A stretch of DNA of 64,000 nt from a virus (Duplodnaviria > Caudoviricetes): the IMG/VR virus record IMGVR_UViG_3300013936_000021, positions 1 through 64,000 of that record. One strand, 5' to 3'. Below the pieces are notes generated by a model. The model saw nothing but the letters and a program-made list of their open reading frames with translations, had not been told where the DNA came from and did no database searches. Of this stretch, positions 38,996 through 48,913 are shown piece after piece. The translations under genes were made by a program, and so were the position numbers. How positions within the stretch are numbered: position 1 is the stretch's first letter; each line of letters begins with the position of its first letter.

Positions 38996-39135
38996 TACTT
39001 TTGCAATCGCTTTAGAAGTCACGCGCTAAAAGCACGAACGGAGAATTATCCTGGCGCAAGCCATTCAGATAAATTCAGTTAAGCCCTATCCGAAGTTTGG
39101 AGCGTGACCCAAGCGGACGATAGGGCTTAACGCTT
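38996..39135 (+). promoter_or_regulatory. Promoter plus structured leader of KilA-N gene
   Basis: TACTTTTGCA; 13 bp stem GTTAAGCCCTATC/GATAGGGCTTAAC. Confidence 0.6.
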
Positions 39136-39138
39136 TTC

Positions 39139-39771
39139 ATGATGCAGATGAAAACAAACCAAGTAATGAAACGACCAATGGGTAACTTTTTGGTCGAGCA
39201 GAGAACGAAGGATAGTGTGTTCAATGCTACAAACTTGCTCAAACAGTGGAATGACTTTGTTGAGCACAATGATAATACCCAGAAAATTGGGTATGTAAGA
39301 AAGAAAGACCTTGACGATTTCTTTAGCAACAAAGGCATCAAAGAATTTATAGAAGCATTGATGGTAGAAGAGAATTTACATACCCAAAATTCTGCGTATG
39401 TAAAATCTAAGGCAAGAGCAGATAGGGGAGGTGGCACTTGGATGCACCCGATATTGTTTGTTAAATTTGCTATGTGGCTCAATCCTCGTTTTGAGGTGCA
39501 GGTTATCAAGTTTGTGTACGACCAGATGTTGAAGTACAGAAACGATGCAGGGGACGCATACAGAGAGCTTGGTACAGCAGTGCAAAAGATAGTAAGCAAG
39601 AAGTTTATGCCAGTGGCTATGTGTAAAATAGCACAGGCAATAAACTATGTAGTGTTCGGACAACACGAACACGAAATGCGCAATAAGCAAGGAGAAGAAA
39701 GTAAGCAATACGAATTGTTCAATATGGAACGACAGGTTGCTATGCTTATTAATGATAGAAATAACCATTAA
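39139..39771 (+). CDS. KilA-N domain protein
   Basis: QRTKDSVFNATNLLKQWN...GGTWMHPILFVKFAMWLNP. Confidence 0.88.
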   Translation: MMQMKTNQVMKRPMGNFLVEQRTKDSVFNATNLLKQWNDFVEHNDNTQKIGYVRKKDLDDFFSNKGIKEFIEALMVEENLHTQNSAYVKSKARADRGGGTWMHPILFVKFAMWLNPRFEVQVIKFVYDQMLKYRNDAGDAYRELGTAVQKIVSKKFMPVAMCKIAQAINYVVFGQHEHEMRNKQGEESKQYELFNMERQVAMLINDRNNH

Positions 39772-39787
39772 TTAATTTATTCATATC

Positions 39788-40531
39788 ATGAGGTACATGG
39801 GAAGTAAGAGACGCATAGCTGGCGACATATTGCCAATTATGCTCGAGAGCAGCGATAGCAAAGTATTTGTCGACGTTTTCTGCGGTGGATGCAGCGTTAT
39901 TGAGAACGTTCCTTCTTCATACAAGAGGATAGCGATAGATTCCAATAAATATCTTATTTCCATGTGGCGCGAGCTGGTTTATCCAAAGCCGCATGTCTAT
40001 GACGCACTCCCGGAACACATTACAAAGGAAATGTACGAAAAGGCGAAGAGACAAACAGGCGACTGCCCGCTTGGCGAATACTGCGAGTTTGATGTCGGCT
40101 GGATAGGCTTCATGGCCAGTTTTAACGGCAGATTCTTTAATGGGTACACTGGGCACAATGTTGTCGGGAAGGACGGCAGGCGCCGCGACTATATTGCAGA
40201 ATACATAGCGAACGTCAAGAAGGACATCCCGCTTCTTAAAGGAGTCGAATTTGTGGCATCGAGCTATGACGGCTTCGATTACCCAGAAGGTTGTATCATA
40301 TATTGCGACCCGCCTTATTCTCGTTCTACTGGGTATAAGTGTACAGGAAAGTTTAACCGCGAGAATTTCTATATGTGGTGTATGGAAATGAGCCTTCGCG
40401 GCCACAAGGTTTTCGTCAGCGAATATGATATGCCGTCAGAGTTTACATGTATATGGGAAAAGGAGCTTGTTAACTCCCTGAGTCCCACGCGAACAAAGAT
40501 GCCTTTAGAACGCTTGTTTACGATTCGATGA
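39788..40531 (+). CDS. Dam-like (D12 class) adenine DNA methyltransferase
   Basis: MRYMGSK, FVDVFCGGCSV, YCDPPY. Confidence 0.88.
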   Translation: MRYMGSKRRIAGDILPIMLESSDSKVFVDVFCGGCSVIENVPSSYKRIAIDSNKYLISMWRELVYPKPHVYDALPEHITKEMYEKAKRQTGDCPLGEYCEFDVGWIGFMASFNGRFFNGYTGHNVVGKDGRRRDYIAEYIANVKKDIPLLKGVEFVASSYDGFDYPEGCIIYCDPPYSRSTGYKCTGKFNRENFYMWCMEMSLRGHKVFVSEYDMPSEFTCIWEKELVNSLSPTRTKMPLERLFTIR

Positions 40532-40565
40532 AAACAAACAATCAATCATCAAAATAACTATTATT

Positions 40566-40958
40566 ATGGAAGAGACAAAGAAAACAATGACAAGAGACGA
40601 GTTCTTTGTGGAAGCTGAGAAACTTTGCACTGACTTTTTTGCGAAGAGAAGAGAGCTTGCCGTGAGTTATGCTACTCAATGTATCGCACCAATCAAGGTT
40701 GGCGACACCATATCCGTGAGAGTTGGCGAAAATGGAAGAGTCATGCGCTATCGCGTTGAGTTCTTTAAACTTGTTGACTTCTATGCGTTGAGCACAACCT
40801 GTGTCCCGTACCTTGAAATTCAAGGAATCGGAATTGGTGAAGACGGGAATCCGCTTGACTGGATGCCTGGTGTCTTGCCAATCAATCCGTGGCTTGTTAT
40901 TTCCGTGAATGGAACTCCCGTGGAATACGATGTTGAAAACAAAAAAATCGTAATGTAA
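40566..40958 (+). CDS. Hypothetical protein
   Basis: 130 aa ORF. Confidence 0.55.
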   Translation: MEETKKTMTRDEFFVEAEKLCTDFFAKRRELAVSYATQCIAPIKVGDTISVRVGENGRVMRYRVEFFKLVDFYALSTTCVPYLEIQGIGIGEDGNPLDWMPGVLPINPWLVISVNGTPVEYDVENKKIVM

Positions 40959-40969
40959 TCTTACGTGCC

Positions 40970-41389
40970 ATGAAAATCAATAAACTGCAACGCCCATCTT
41001 TCGTATGCCTGGTCATAGCAGTTTTGGGAGTATTGTTTTGCCTATTATCTGATAGGCTCGAATGTGCCATCATCTGGTGTGCAGCGGTTATCGCATGGGC
41101 GAATTGCCTCAAGGCGGAAAAGGATAACGAAATCCTTAGAACTCGCATTGACATCGACGTGAAAATGTCGATGGATAAAAACGACCTCATACGTTCTCTC
41201 GAATGTCAGCTAATTGCCATGGAGCTGAAAAACCAGGTCGCTGAGAAAATCTTGCTTAAAAAGACATACGAGACGGAATATCTCCGAGGCAATATGCCGC
41301 AGGAGGAGTATGAAAGAAAAGGCAAGAAGCTCCACGATGAATGCAAATACATAATGGACAGGGTCGAAAAGATCGTGAACGGGAAATGA
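40970..41389 (+). CDS. Membrane-anchored coiled-coil protein
   Basis: Two N-terminal hydrophobic segments. Confidence 0.55.
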   Translation: MKINKLQRPSFVCLVIAVLGVLFCLLSDRLECAIIWCAAVIAWANCLKAEKDNEILRTRIDIDVKMSMDKNDLIRSLECQLIAMELKNQVAEKILLKKTYETEYLRGNMPQEEYERKGKKLHDECKYIMDRVEKIVNGK

Positions 41390-41402
41390 GTACAGGTTCT
41401 GA

Positions 41403-41431
41403 AAGGGGAGGCTTGACGGCCTCCCCTTTTT
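41403..41431. terminator. Bidirectional terminator
   Basis: AAAGGGGAGGC-TTGACG-GCCTCCCCTTTTT between convergent genes. Confidence 0.75.
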
Positions 41432-41456
41432 GTTATCAAAAAGTGCACAAAATACA

Positions 41457-42662
41457 CTATACTCCTTTCTCTTCGGTATCAGCGTTCACGTAGTCGATGA
41501 CTTTTCTGTTTGCTTCGTCAATCTTCTTGTAGTCGAAAGAGATGTATAGATCCGTTGTCGTATTATCCCATTCGCTATGCCCAAGTGCCTTGCCAATTGT
41601 TTCCTTTGGTATGTCAAGCTCGGCTGCTATTGTAGCCCAGCTTCTTCTTGCAGTGTACCACACTATATCTTTATGTAGTGGGGTGATAGCCTTCTTGATT
41701 AATGCTCCTTTCTTGTTCTTCTCCATCTTGGTCGGGCCAATTCTCTTCAGATAGTCTCCGAGTGTTCTTCTGAAGCTGGCCTCTTTTGTCTGGTCGCCAT
41801 CCAAAATGTAGAGAAGATGCTTTTCACCCTTGTATTTCTTTATTATTTCCATGGCTTCCGGCTCAACCTTGATGTCGTAAAGCCTTCCAGTCTTGTTTCG
41901 CCTATACAGGAGCCGCCCATTCTTGATGCAGTCCGCAGGAAGTTCAAGAAGATCCGACAGGTTTATCCCAATGAGGTAGAAGCCGAGAACGAAAAGGTCG
42001 CGATATTTCTCCATGAAAGGCTCAACGGGAAAATTTTTATACTCTCGCATCTCTTTCGCGTTAAGGAACAAATATCTTTGACGTTCCGTCTTGATTTGGA
42101 ATTTTCTGAATGGGTATTTCGTCGTGACTTCGTTGTCTATCGCCCAATTAAACACGGTTCTTATGTTTCTAAGGTCTATGCCTATACCATTGACGAGCCT
42201 TCCTTTGAGCAGCTCTGATGTTTGATAGCGTTCGAGCCACCCGCGATCTATGGTGTCAAAAGTCGCATGAGCGTCGAAACGTTCAATTCTTTTCTTCGTC
42301 GTCATGAAAACTTGCTTGGTACTTTCCTTCGCTTTAGTCTTCACATATTCGTCAAAATAGAACAAGATATTCCTCTCTGCCTCCGATGCCGCTCCTCCAC
42401 TGACAATAGCTTTTAGGTGCGCTTTCATTAGCGGAACGGCCTCTCTGTCGTGATTAATCATGTACTCCTCGGCGGCAGAATAGAGCTTTGTTAGCTTGAA
42501 AGTCTTCGCCCGATGATTAGGGACGGAAGAAGGAAAAACGAGCCCGTCAAACTTTTCTGAACTCTTCAAGCCGGTGAAGACTTGAAACCTCTTCTTGTTG
42601 TAAGACACGATGAAGTAGACGTATGTCGTCTTGCTTTCAACGTAAGTTTTAATACTGTTCAT
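41457..42662 (-). CDS. int: Tyrosine integrase
   Basis: SAM-like domain, YRRNKTGR, YTARRSWAT, ALGH, catalytic Y in TTDLYI. Confidence 0.92.
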   Translation of the reverse strand: MNSIKTYVESKTTYVYFIVSYNKKRFQVFTGLKSSEKFDGLVFPSSVPNHRAKTFKLTKLYSAAEEYMINHDREAVPLMKAHLKAIVSGGAASEAERNILFYFDEYVKTKAKESTKQVFMTTKKRIERFDAHATFDTIDRGWLERYQTSELLKGRLVNGIGIDLRNIRTVFNWAIDNEVTTKYPFRKFQIKTERQRYLFLNAKEMREYKNFPVEPFMEKYRDLFVLGFYLIGINLSDLLELPADCIKNGRLLYRRNKTGRLYDIKVEPEAMEIIKKYKGEKHLLYILDGDQTKEASFRRTLGDYLKRIGPTKMEKNKKGALIKKAITPLHKDIVWYTARRSWATIAAELDIPKETIGKALGHSEWDNTTTDLYISFDYKKIDEANRKVIDYVNADTEEKGV

Positions 42663-42669
42663 TGTTGTT

Positions 42670-42973
42670 TACTCACACGTTTTGCGAGTACTCACACTTT
42701 ACTCACACATTTACTCACACACTTACCATCAAATTTCAACAGATTTAAACAATTTTTCCCATAAATCAAGCATGAGACTCGAATTAAATGGGGCTATTGA
42801 AAAGTGGTTTTGAAGTGTAAGTTGCTGATTTTTAGAGATTTACACAAGGGAGCGGAATACGGGAATCGAACCCGCCTCCCAGGCTTGGGAAAATCGCGAT
42901 GTGATTTCGTAACGTATTTGTACTCTTGTTTTTACGATTTTTTTATTTTCTATACTCACACGGTTACTCACAA
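42670..42973. mobile_element. attP: tRNA-Gly(CCC) 3' half core (42851-42892, minus strand) with integrase arm sites
   Basis: Reverse complement TTCCCAAGCCTGGGAGGCGGGTTCGATTCCCGTATTCCGCT; TACTCACA repeats at 42670, 42689, 42700, 42712, 42953, 42965. Confidence 0.85.
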
Positions 42974-43036
42974 ATGAGCCTACGTAGGCCTGTGCGTAAC
43001 CTTTGTCAATGAGGTTTTTGCCACATAAAAATGCCC

Positions 43037-43693
43037 TTACATCGTCTTCAGCGCGCCTATGACCTTGAAGACCTTGCGGATGGCCGACTTGGCTATCTCC
43101 TGGTCGTCATAGTCCTCGTTGTAGGCGTGCAGGACGAAGTGGTCGTTGTCACTTCCGCCCTTGACCACCTTCACCGTGCGCATGTCGTTCGTGGTCATGA
43201 TGGCATAGACTTCGTTGAGCGGAAGGAAGCTTTGCCAGTCGTTCACTTCCTTTAGGGCTATGATGTCCCCGTTGCTGATGAACGGCTTCATGCTGTCGCC
43301 TGACGTGCGGCACCAGAAGTCGGCCTTTTCATAGCCGGGGATAGAGATGTACTTTGACGGCACGTTTGGCTCGTCGTTGTACATCGCATCGTACCCCAAC
43401 GCAAAATCAACGTCGTAGAACGGCTTCCCGTCCGCCGTGGCGCTTTGCCCGGCATCACATGGCTCAATCGCCCGTGCCTTGGCCATCATCTCGCCAAGGC
43501 CAAATTCCAACCATTCTTTACTTATCCCCGTCGCCTTCTCTATCAAAAGGAAGTCGCGCTTGGTGAAAGGCTGCGTGCCCTTCATCTTTTTGCTGAAATT
43601 CCCTGGGTCGATGTTAACAGCTTTTGCGAACCCACTAATACTTAACCCCTGTCTGTTTAAAACCGACAAAATTCTTTCCGTTACGCTATTCAT
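43037..43693 (-). CDS. CI-like repressor (HTH + S24 peptidase)
   Basis: N-terminal HTH, WLEFGLGEM, SGDSMKP catalytic Ser, TVKV Lys. Confidence 0.9.
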   Translation of the reverse strand: MNSVTERILSVLNRQGLSISGFAKAVNIDPGNFSKKMKGTQPFTKRDFLLIEKATGISKEWLEFGLGEMMAKARAIEPCDAGQSATADGKPFYDVDFALGYDAMYNDEPNVPSKYISIPGYEKADFWCRTSGDSMKPFISNGDIIALKEVNDWQSFLPLNEVYAIMTTNDMRTVKVVKGGSDNDHFVLHAYNEDYDDQEIAKSAIRKVFKVIGALKTM

Positions 43694-43756
43694 AAGCAAA
43701 AAAGTGTTTAGCTTTATCCTTTTTGCCCATTACAATGTGAACAATCGTTAAAACAT

Positions 43757-43892
43757 TGTAATTACATTTGTAAATACTTTGTAGTTACAATTGTTTCCAT
43801 TACCTTTGCACTTGTCAATCAGTAAAAACAGAAAGACAAAGTAAGGAGGGCCGAGAATAATCGCGGTCTACATATCTGAACAATGCAAAGAT
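43757..43892. promoter_or_regulatory. Lysis/lysogeny switch: operators and opposing promoters
   Basis: TGTAnnTAC(A/T) at 43757, 43769, 43780; TACCTTTGCA (+) at 43801; TATCTTTGCA (-) near 43883-43892. Confidence 0.65.
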
Positions 43893-43959
43893 AGTGGTTG
43901 TTCTTGGCTTCTCCAAACTTTTAATGTTAATAATAAGTAAAAACAAAGTATTTACCAAA

Positions 43960-44196
43960 ATGAAGGCAAGTAAAATACAGGTGAGCGACATCCGAAATAT
44001 CGGTGCAGGCGGTTCGATCACAGTTGAACTTCCGAGCTATCTTGCATGTATCTCTGCCAAGAATACGGTTAGTTATGTGAAAAAGGCTTATCCGAGAACG
44101 GACGGAAACGTCTACTATTGCCGCATTGATGGTTCAACTATTACCATCGGTGTAGCAGAGCCTGATAAGATAAACAGAAGGAAACAGACGATATGA
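43960..44196 (+). CDS. Small early protein (Cro position)
   Basis: First gene divergent from repressor. Confidence 0.5.
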   Translation: MKASKIQVSDIRNIGAGGSITVELPSYLACISAKNTVSYVKKAYPRTDGNVYYCRIDGSTITIGVAEPDKINRRKQTI

Positions 44197-44948
44197 GCGA
44201 AATCGTTTTTCGCGGTGCCGACAACCAAGCAATAACAAGTAGCTTGTTGGTTGCTGAAAAGTTCGGGAAAGAGCACAAGCATGTGTTAGAGGCAGTAAGA
44301 AACCTCATTAAGGGGAGTGCCGAAAATTCGGCCGTCCTCAAAATGTTCGAAGAAACGACCTACACAAACGAGCAGAACAAAGAGCAACCGATGTTCCTCA
44401 TGAACCGAGACGGCTTCACCCTGCTGGCGATGGGCTTCACGGGAAAGAAGGCGATGCAATTCAAGCTGGACTACATCAACGCCTTCAACAAGATGGAGCA
44501 GGTTATCAAGGAGCAGGCTAAGCCGAAGTCGCAACTCGAAGTGCTCCAGATGTCCATCAATCAACTTGTGGAGCAAGAGCATCGTCTTTCAAGCGTTGAG
44601 CGCGATGTCGCTGACGTAAGGAAGTGGATTGACGAAACGAAGCAGGAACGAATTGAAAACGGAAGATTGCTTCTGCAAGCCGAGATTTCCGACAACAAGG
44701 TGCCTGAGGTCACGATGCGGAACAAGATCCGCAGGCTTGTCAACCAATATGCGGCAGCGACAAACACTGCGCAAAGGGATGTCTGGCACGACATCTACAA
44801 CAACCTCTACTACGCCTACGGCATCAGCATCAAGCAGTACAAGGACGCAGATTGCAAAAGCAAATTGGATGTGGCAGAGAAGCATGGGTTCCTTGGAAAG
44901 ATGTTTGATATTGTGTCAATGCTCGTTGGCTCAAAGAAAGGAGAGTGA
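44193..44948 (+). CDS. Rha-family regulator
   Basis: TSSLLVAEKFGKEHKHVL...MNRDGFTLLAMGFTGKKA. Confidence 0.9.
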   Translation: MSEIVFRGADNQAITSSLLVAEKFGKEHKHVLEAVRNLIKGSAENSAVLKMFEETTYTNEQNKEQPMFLMNRDGFTLLAMGFTGKKAMQFKLDYINAFNKMEQVIKEQAKPKSQLEVLQMSINQLVEQEHRLSSVERDVADVRKWIDETKQERIENGRLLLQAEISDNKVPEVTMRNKIRRLVNQYAAATNTAQRDVWHDIYNNLYYAYGISIKQYKDADCKSKLDVAEKHGFLGKMFDIVSMLVGSKKGE

Positions 44949-44954
44949 TGCGCT

Positions 44955-45161
44955 ATGGTAAAAGAAATAGGAAGCGTCTGCAATACTAACGTTAGCGTAA
45001 TAGGTGCGACTTGCTGCCACGAAGGTGTATGCGAAAAAATAATAACGCTTACGGCATACGACGGATGCGACAAGGAGATTGAGGTTCTGTTATCGCAAAG
45101 CGATTGCATTGAGCTCATTGGCGAGTTATCTAAAGCATATTTTTGCCAAGACACTAAATAA
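44955..45161 (+). CDS. Hypothetical protein
   Basis: 68 aa ORF in operon. Confidence 0.45.
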   Translation: MVKEIGSVCNTNVSVIGATCCHEGVCEKIITLTAYDGCDKEIEVLLSQSDCIELIGELSKAYFCQDTK

Positions 45162-45170
45162 TACATCACC

Positions 45171-45398
45171 ATGGCACAGGTACGCATCGAAGTGATAGAG
45201 AAGGTGGTGACGATGAAGGAAGTCGGGCAGGCGTTCCTTACGACAAAGTCGCTCATGGCCTATCTCGGAGGAGTGAGCAGGTACTTCCTGAAGGACTTGC
45301 GAGAGACGGGCGAGCTGCCTTACTACAAGGTGCGTGGCACAATCCTGTACAAGGTGAGCGACGTGGACAAGCTCCTCAAGAGAAACAAGATTACATGA
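45171..45398 (+). CDS. Excisionase-like HTH protein
   Basis: FLTTKSLMAYLG...GELPYYKVRGTILYKVSDV. Confidence 0.8.
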   Translation: MAQVRIEVIEKVVTMKEVGQAFLTTKSLMAYLGGVSRYFLKDLRETGELPYYKVRGTILYKVSDVDKLLKRNKIT

Positions 45399-45582
45399 TC
45401 ATTGGTAAATTGTGATATTATACTTGCTAAGAAGCGACTAAGTAGTACGTGAACATTTTATCTTCATGCGTTGTATGTTACGAGTTGATTAGTTCTCTAA
45501 AACAAAGTGAAGTTATTTTACCTTAGTCGCAACCCAAGAGTGGGTAGCGGGGTGTGGTTGAGACAGCCAGTCATCCCGAAAA

Positions 45583-45651
45583 GCCTCCAAGCGAAAGGCG
45601 CATGGTCTACGAGGGGTAGGGGAGCCACGGGTTCGATTCCCGATGGGGGCA
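45583..45651 (+). ncRNA. Degenerate tRNA-like element
   Basis: 7 bp acceptor GCCTCCA/TGGGGGC, T-arm CGGG-TTCGATT-CCCG; no canonical anticodon arm. Confidence 0.5.
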
Positions 45652-46078
45652 CAAGAGAATGAGAGGAAGAGAGTTCTTTGCTTATTGGTGACAAAATGGA
45701 TGGCTTGTAAAAAAGTATCGGCGAGCGACCTCATCGTTGCCGTGACCCGAGAAAAGGACGCATGACCATCGAAAGACCTTCCTAAGGCATGAGTAGGGAC
45801 AAGCGACGGCTAACTACCATCAGACGTTAACGATGGCAAGAGAAGCGTAACCGAAGTATGCAGAAGGCTGCCAGTCGGCTCTCACCGACAGGCAAAGACG
45901 ATATGAGCAAAGAAACGTCTTACATAAAGCATAATTACTTGCACATGATAAGTGGCGAGTGGTGTCAACAGATGCACGCAGAGGCGAATACATGAGGGTA
46001 AGTCGCACAGAGGTGAGGTTCCGAAACCTCCTCGCTACCACATAACAACACATCATTATTAATTTCAAAAACAAACGA

Positions 46079-46363
46079 GTGAAGATAATAAGAAGCGTCA
46101 AGGTATGGCGCAAGAGCATAGATGAACTGAAAAGCCTCGGCTGTTTCGAGTTCGTGAAGGCTGACGAGAATGACCCCCGACAGGTGACGTGCCGTTTCAA
46201 GCACGGTGCGACAAAGGGCGCTCCTGTAGCCCACACTGGCGACTATATCGTGCAGTACGAGACGGGGCTATGGCAGAGAATGGGCGCGGCCGTGTACAAG
46301 GAACTCAGCTTCTCGCCCAACGCCAACATCAAAGGCTACACTTCAAGGAGCAAATCATGGTAA
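46079..46363 (+). CDS. Hypothetical protein
   Basis: 94 aa, GDYIVQ motif common in phage proteins. Confidence 0.55.
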   Translation: MKIIRSVKVWRKSIDELKSLGCFEFVKADENDPRQVTCRFKHGATKGAPVAHTGDYIVQYETGLWQRMGAAVYKELSFSPNANIKGYTSRSKSW

Positions 46364-46824
46364 GGGTGATGCAACACAAGTACACCGACCGCAACGGAAC
46401 GGAGTACGACAGCAGGGAAGAGTACCTGTACCATCAGATACTCCTCGCGGACAACAGGGTCAGCTGCATCCACAGACAAGCGAAGCTGCAAATTTTCAAG
46501 TCTATCTATATGTATGTGCCAAGGCAACTGAAAACAAAGGTCCGGTACGACAGGAGATTGATGGTGAGTGGCCATAGCTACAAACCCGACTTCATCTTCT
46601 GGGAAGACGGAAAGCTGGTCGTGTGCGACGTGAAAAGCAAATACACCCACGGACTAAGGGAGTTCCGCATCACGGCAAAGGGCATCATCGCAAAGATAGT
46701 GGCGCACAACAGGAAAAGGCATCCAGGCAGCCCGTTGATGATATTCCGCGAGGCTATCCACATCAAGAAGAACGAGTGGAAAATCATAGACTACCCGCCT
46801 GACAATTGCCGAATAATACAATAA
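46357..46824 (+). CDS. DUF1064-like PD-(D/E)xK nuclease
   Basis: YDSREE...YKPDFIF...VCDVKS. Confidence 0.75.
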   Translation: MVRVMQHKYTDRNGTEYDSREEYLYHQILLADNRVSCIHRQAKLQIFKSIYMYVPRQLKTKVRYDRRLMVSGHSYKPDFIFWEDGKLVVCDVKSKYTHGLREFRITAKGIIAKIVAHNRKRHPGSPLMIFREAIHIKKNEWKIIDYPPDNCRIIQ

Positions 46825-46832
46825 CATCGAAA

Positions 46833-47702
46833 ATGAAGAACGAACAAACCATTTCGCCGGAACGGCAAAAAGACTTGCAGAAACTTGCAAACGCTATCTC
46901 GTCGCTCGTTAAGACCGTGCTTGGCGTGGCCAACAACGCCGCGTGGATGGCGTGCCTGGAAGCGCTCGACAAGGCGAAGATGCACCCGAGGTACCGCAAA
47001 CGCTCACGAGACGGCAAGCCAATCAAGTGGCTCTTCAAACGGGCGGTGGAAGCACACAAGGCTTACGAGAGGGCACTTCTGTATGGCGGACCGCCATACT
47101 TCTTTAGGCTGAATGACCTGCCTCCAGCCGCAAGGAAGGCGTTTGGCGACATCAGCGACGCTGACTATTACGACCTGTGGACAGCGATAGGAGCTAAGAC
47201 ATACGAGAAGTCAAGGACGTTCGTCACGTGCCTTGCCAACAAGTTCAGGGTGAGCATGGAGCAACACGGCATAGAAAACGCGGATATTTGCTCATGGGTC
47301 ACCACTGCCACAACCTGCCTGAAGATTGCCCTCCAGGTATATGAGTCGGCATTGAGAAGCGCTGGAAAGGTGGCATGCAACATGACTATAAGCGACCTCG
47401 ACAAGGTGTTTCACCCGTTCTCTCTTGATGTTGTCCTCAAATTGTGGATGGAAGCGGAGTTCGCGCTTGAACCAGCTATCGACATAGACATCGACGACCC
47501 GGTCGAAAAGAAAAACTTGCAGTTGAGCATTCAGCAGGTGGAAGAGCAGTGGATGAGCTTCGAGTCGATGTATGGTTCCGCTGCCGAGGTGTTCGACCAA
47601 TACGATGACGTGTGGCGCACACCAGGCGAGCAGAAGAAGTCCATCAGCAACGTCTTGGAACTCATGAGAAACTGCGAAGAGGAAGGCGAAAGAAGACTTT
47701 AA
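46833..47702 (+). CDS. Hypothetical protein
   Basis: 289 aa ORF. Confidence 0.65.
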   Translation: MKNEQTISPERQKDLQKLANAISSLVKTVLGVANNAAWMACLEALDKAKMHPRYRKRSRDGKPIKWLFKRAVEAHKAYERALLYGGPPYFFRLNDLPPAARKAFGDISDADYYDLWTAIGAKTYEKSRTFVTCLANKFRVSMEQHGIENADICSWVTTATTCLKIALQVYESALRSAGKVACNMTISDLDKVFHPFSLDVVLKLWMEAEFALEPAIDIDIDDPVEKKNLQLSIQQVEEQWMSFESMYGSAAEVFDQYDDVWRTPGEQKKSISNVLELMRNCEEEGERRL

Positions 47703-48698
47703 GACTTGATCCCACAAGGTGTTTTACCATTTTTGCACCTTGCACGGTGCCGCGAACGAGCTCACTGGGAAGGAGCAGGCTTTTGGGGTCCGAAGAGGCA
47801 GGGCGTGACAGCCATCTGCCAAATCGGCTGATTGTGGCTCTCGGTATCGGAGCGGCACCATTTTTAGAGACATACGTGCTTTCATCTTGCGCATGGGCAC
47901 GCTCTTCATGGTTGATTTGATAGTTTAAGTTTGTTAGACAATGGGCGGCGGTCGGCATCAGCGCAAGGGGTGCCACGGATTAAAAGCGTCGGAGACCGTC
48001 GCCCTGTTTCCGCAAAACCAGACCAGGCATGAAAAGGAGAATACATAAGGACTGCCCGTTCACGGCAGACGAGATAGACGGGTTTTACACAGCCCTGTAC
48101 AACGTCAACACATCGTTCAGATGCTGCAACCCAGCCCCTGTCATTTGGGCGGCAGGATGGCAACGCAACGAGTGCAGGAAGTGATTGCCATGACACTTGG
48201 CCGACGGTGCGGGTGGCTAAACAACGGCAAGGTGTTTAAAAGTGAATAGTTAACAACATAATGATTCGAGTTTTTATTGCTTTGGGCTTTACGCCTTCAC
48301 CCGCACCTCTTTTGATTTTTTATTCATAGTTCTATATAAATTGGTTCAAGGGGGCGCTTTGTCCAATGCGAGACGGCTGTCAGTAAGCCCCGCTGACGAT
48401 AAGGGGAACACTCCGTGAGGAGTAGCCCTGAAAGTTTGGCGAGCCGTCTCGCCCATGGGGTTGCGGTGCGGGCAACAGGTGAGCCGCACAGACCTACAAA
48501 CGAGGAGCACGCCTTGCTATGTTTTGCTCCGTCTATTTGTGGCGTGTGTACCAAGTCACTGGGAGGTCACAACCGAGCACGGTCCGAATCCGTGCAACCT
48601 CGCAACACTCAAGATGTTTTTTGGGGACAGCGTCGCGAGACGCTCCATGGTTTCTTTTTTTGTTTTTTGTGAAACAAAGAGGGCAGCGGCCCTCAACT

Positions 48699-48780
48699 CC
48701 AGGCGATAGCGTGCTAATCGGATAGGCACGAAGCGAGAAATCGCGTAGGACATTAGAAGGTTCGACACCTTCCGTCTGGG
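48699..48780 (+). ncRNA. tRNA-like RNA 1 (GAAA tetraloop instead of anticodon)
   Basis: Acceptor CCAGGCG/CGTCTGG, D stem CGTGC/GCACG, T-arm GAAGG-TTCGACA-CCTTC. Confidence 0.65.
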
Positions 48781-48782
48781 CA

Positions 48783-48910
48783 GGCAGACAGACACGGATA
48801 GCGCGCTAATCGGATAGGCGTGGAGTTTTAGACAGCAGTGGCGCATGCTCCACTGTTTCATAGGGACCTCGCACATTAGGCGGTTCGACCCCGCCACGTG
48901 TTGTCTGCCA
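48783..48910 (+). ncRNA. tRNA-like RNA 2 (extended acceptor, long insert)
   Basis: GGCAGACAGACACG/CGTGTTGTCTGCC-A, same D loop, T-arm GGCGG-TTCGACC-CCGCC. Confidence 0.65.
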
Positions 48911-48913
48911 AAA

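Noticed and set aside
42851-42892. tRNA-Gly gene
   Set aside because: Only the anticodon loop to 3' end is present; it is the attP core
48392-48435. Canonical hammerhead ribozyme call
   Set aside because: Core CTGACGA...GAAA present but no convincing stem I plus NUH cleavage triplet; kept only as a lead
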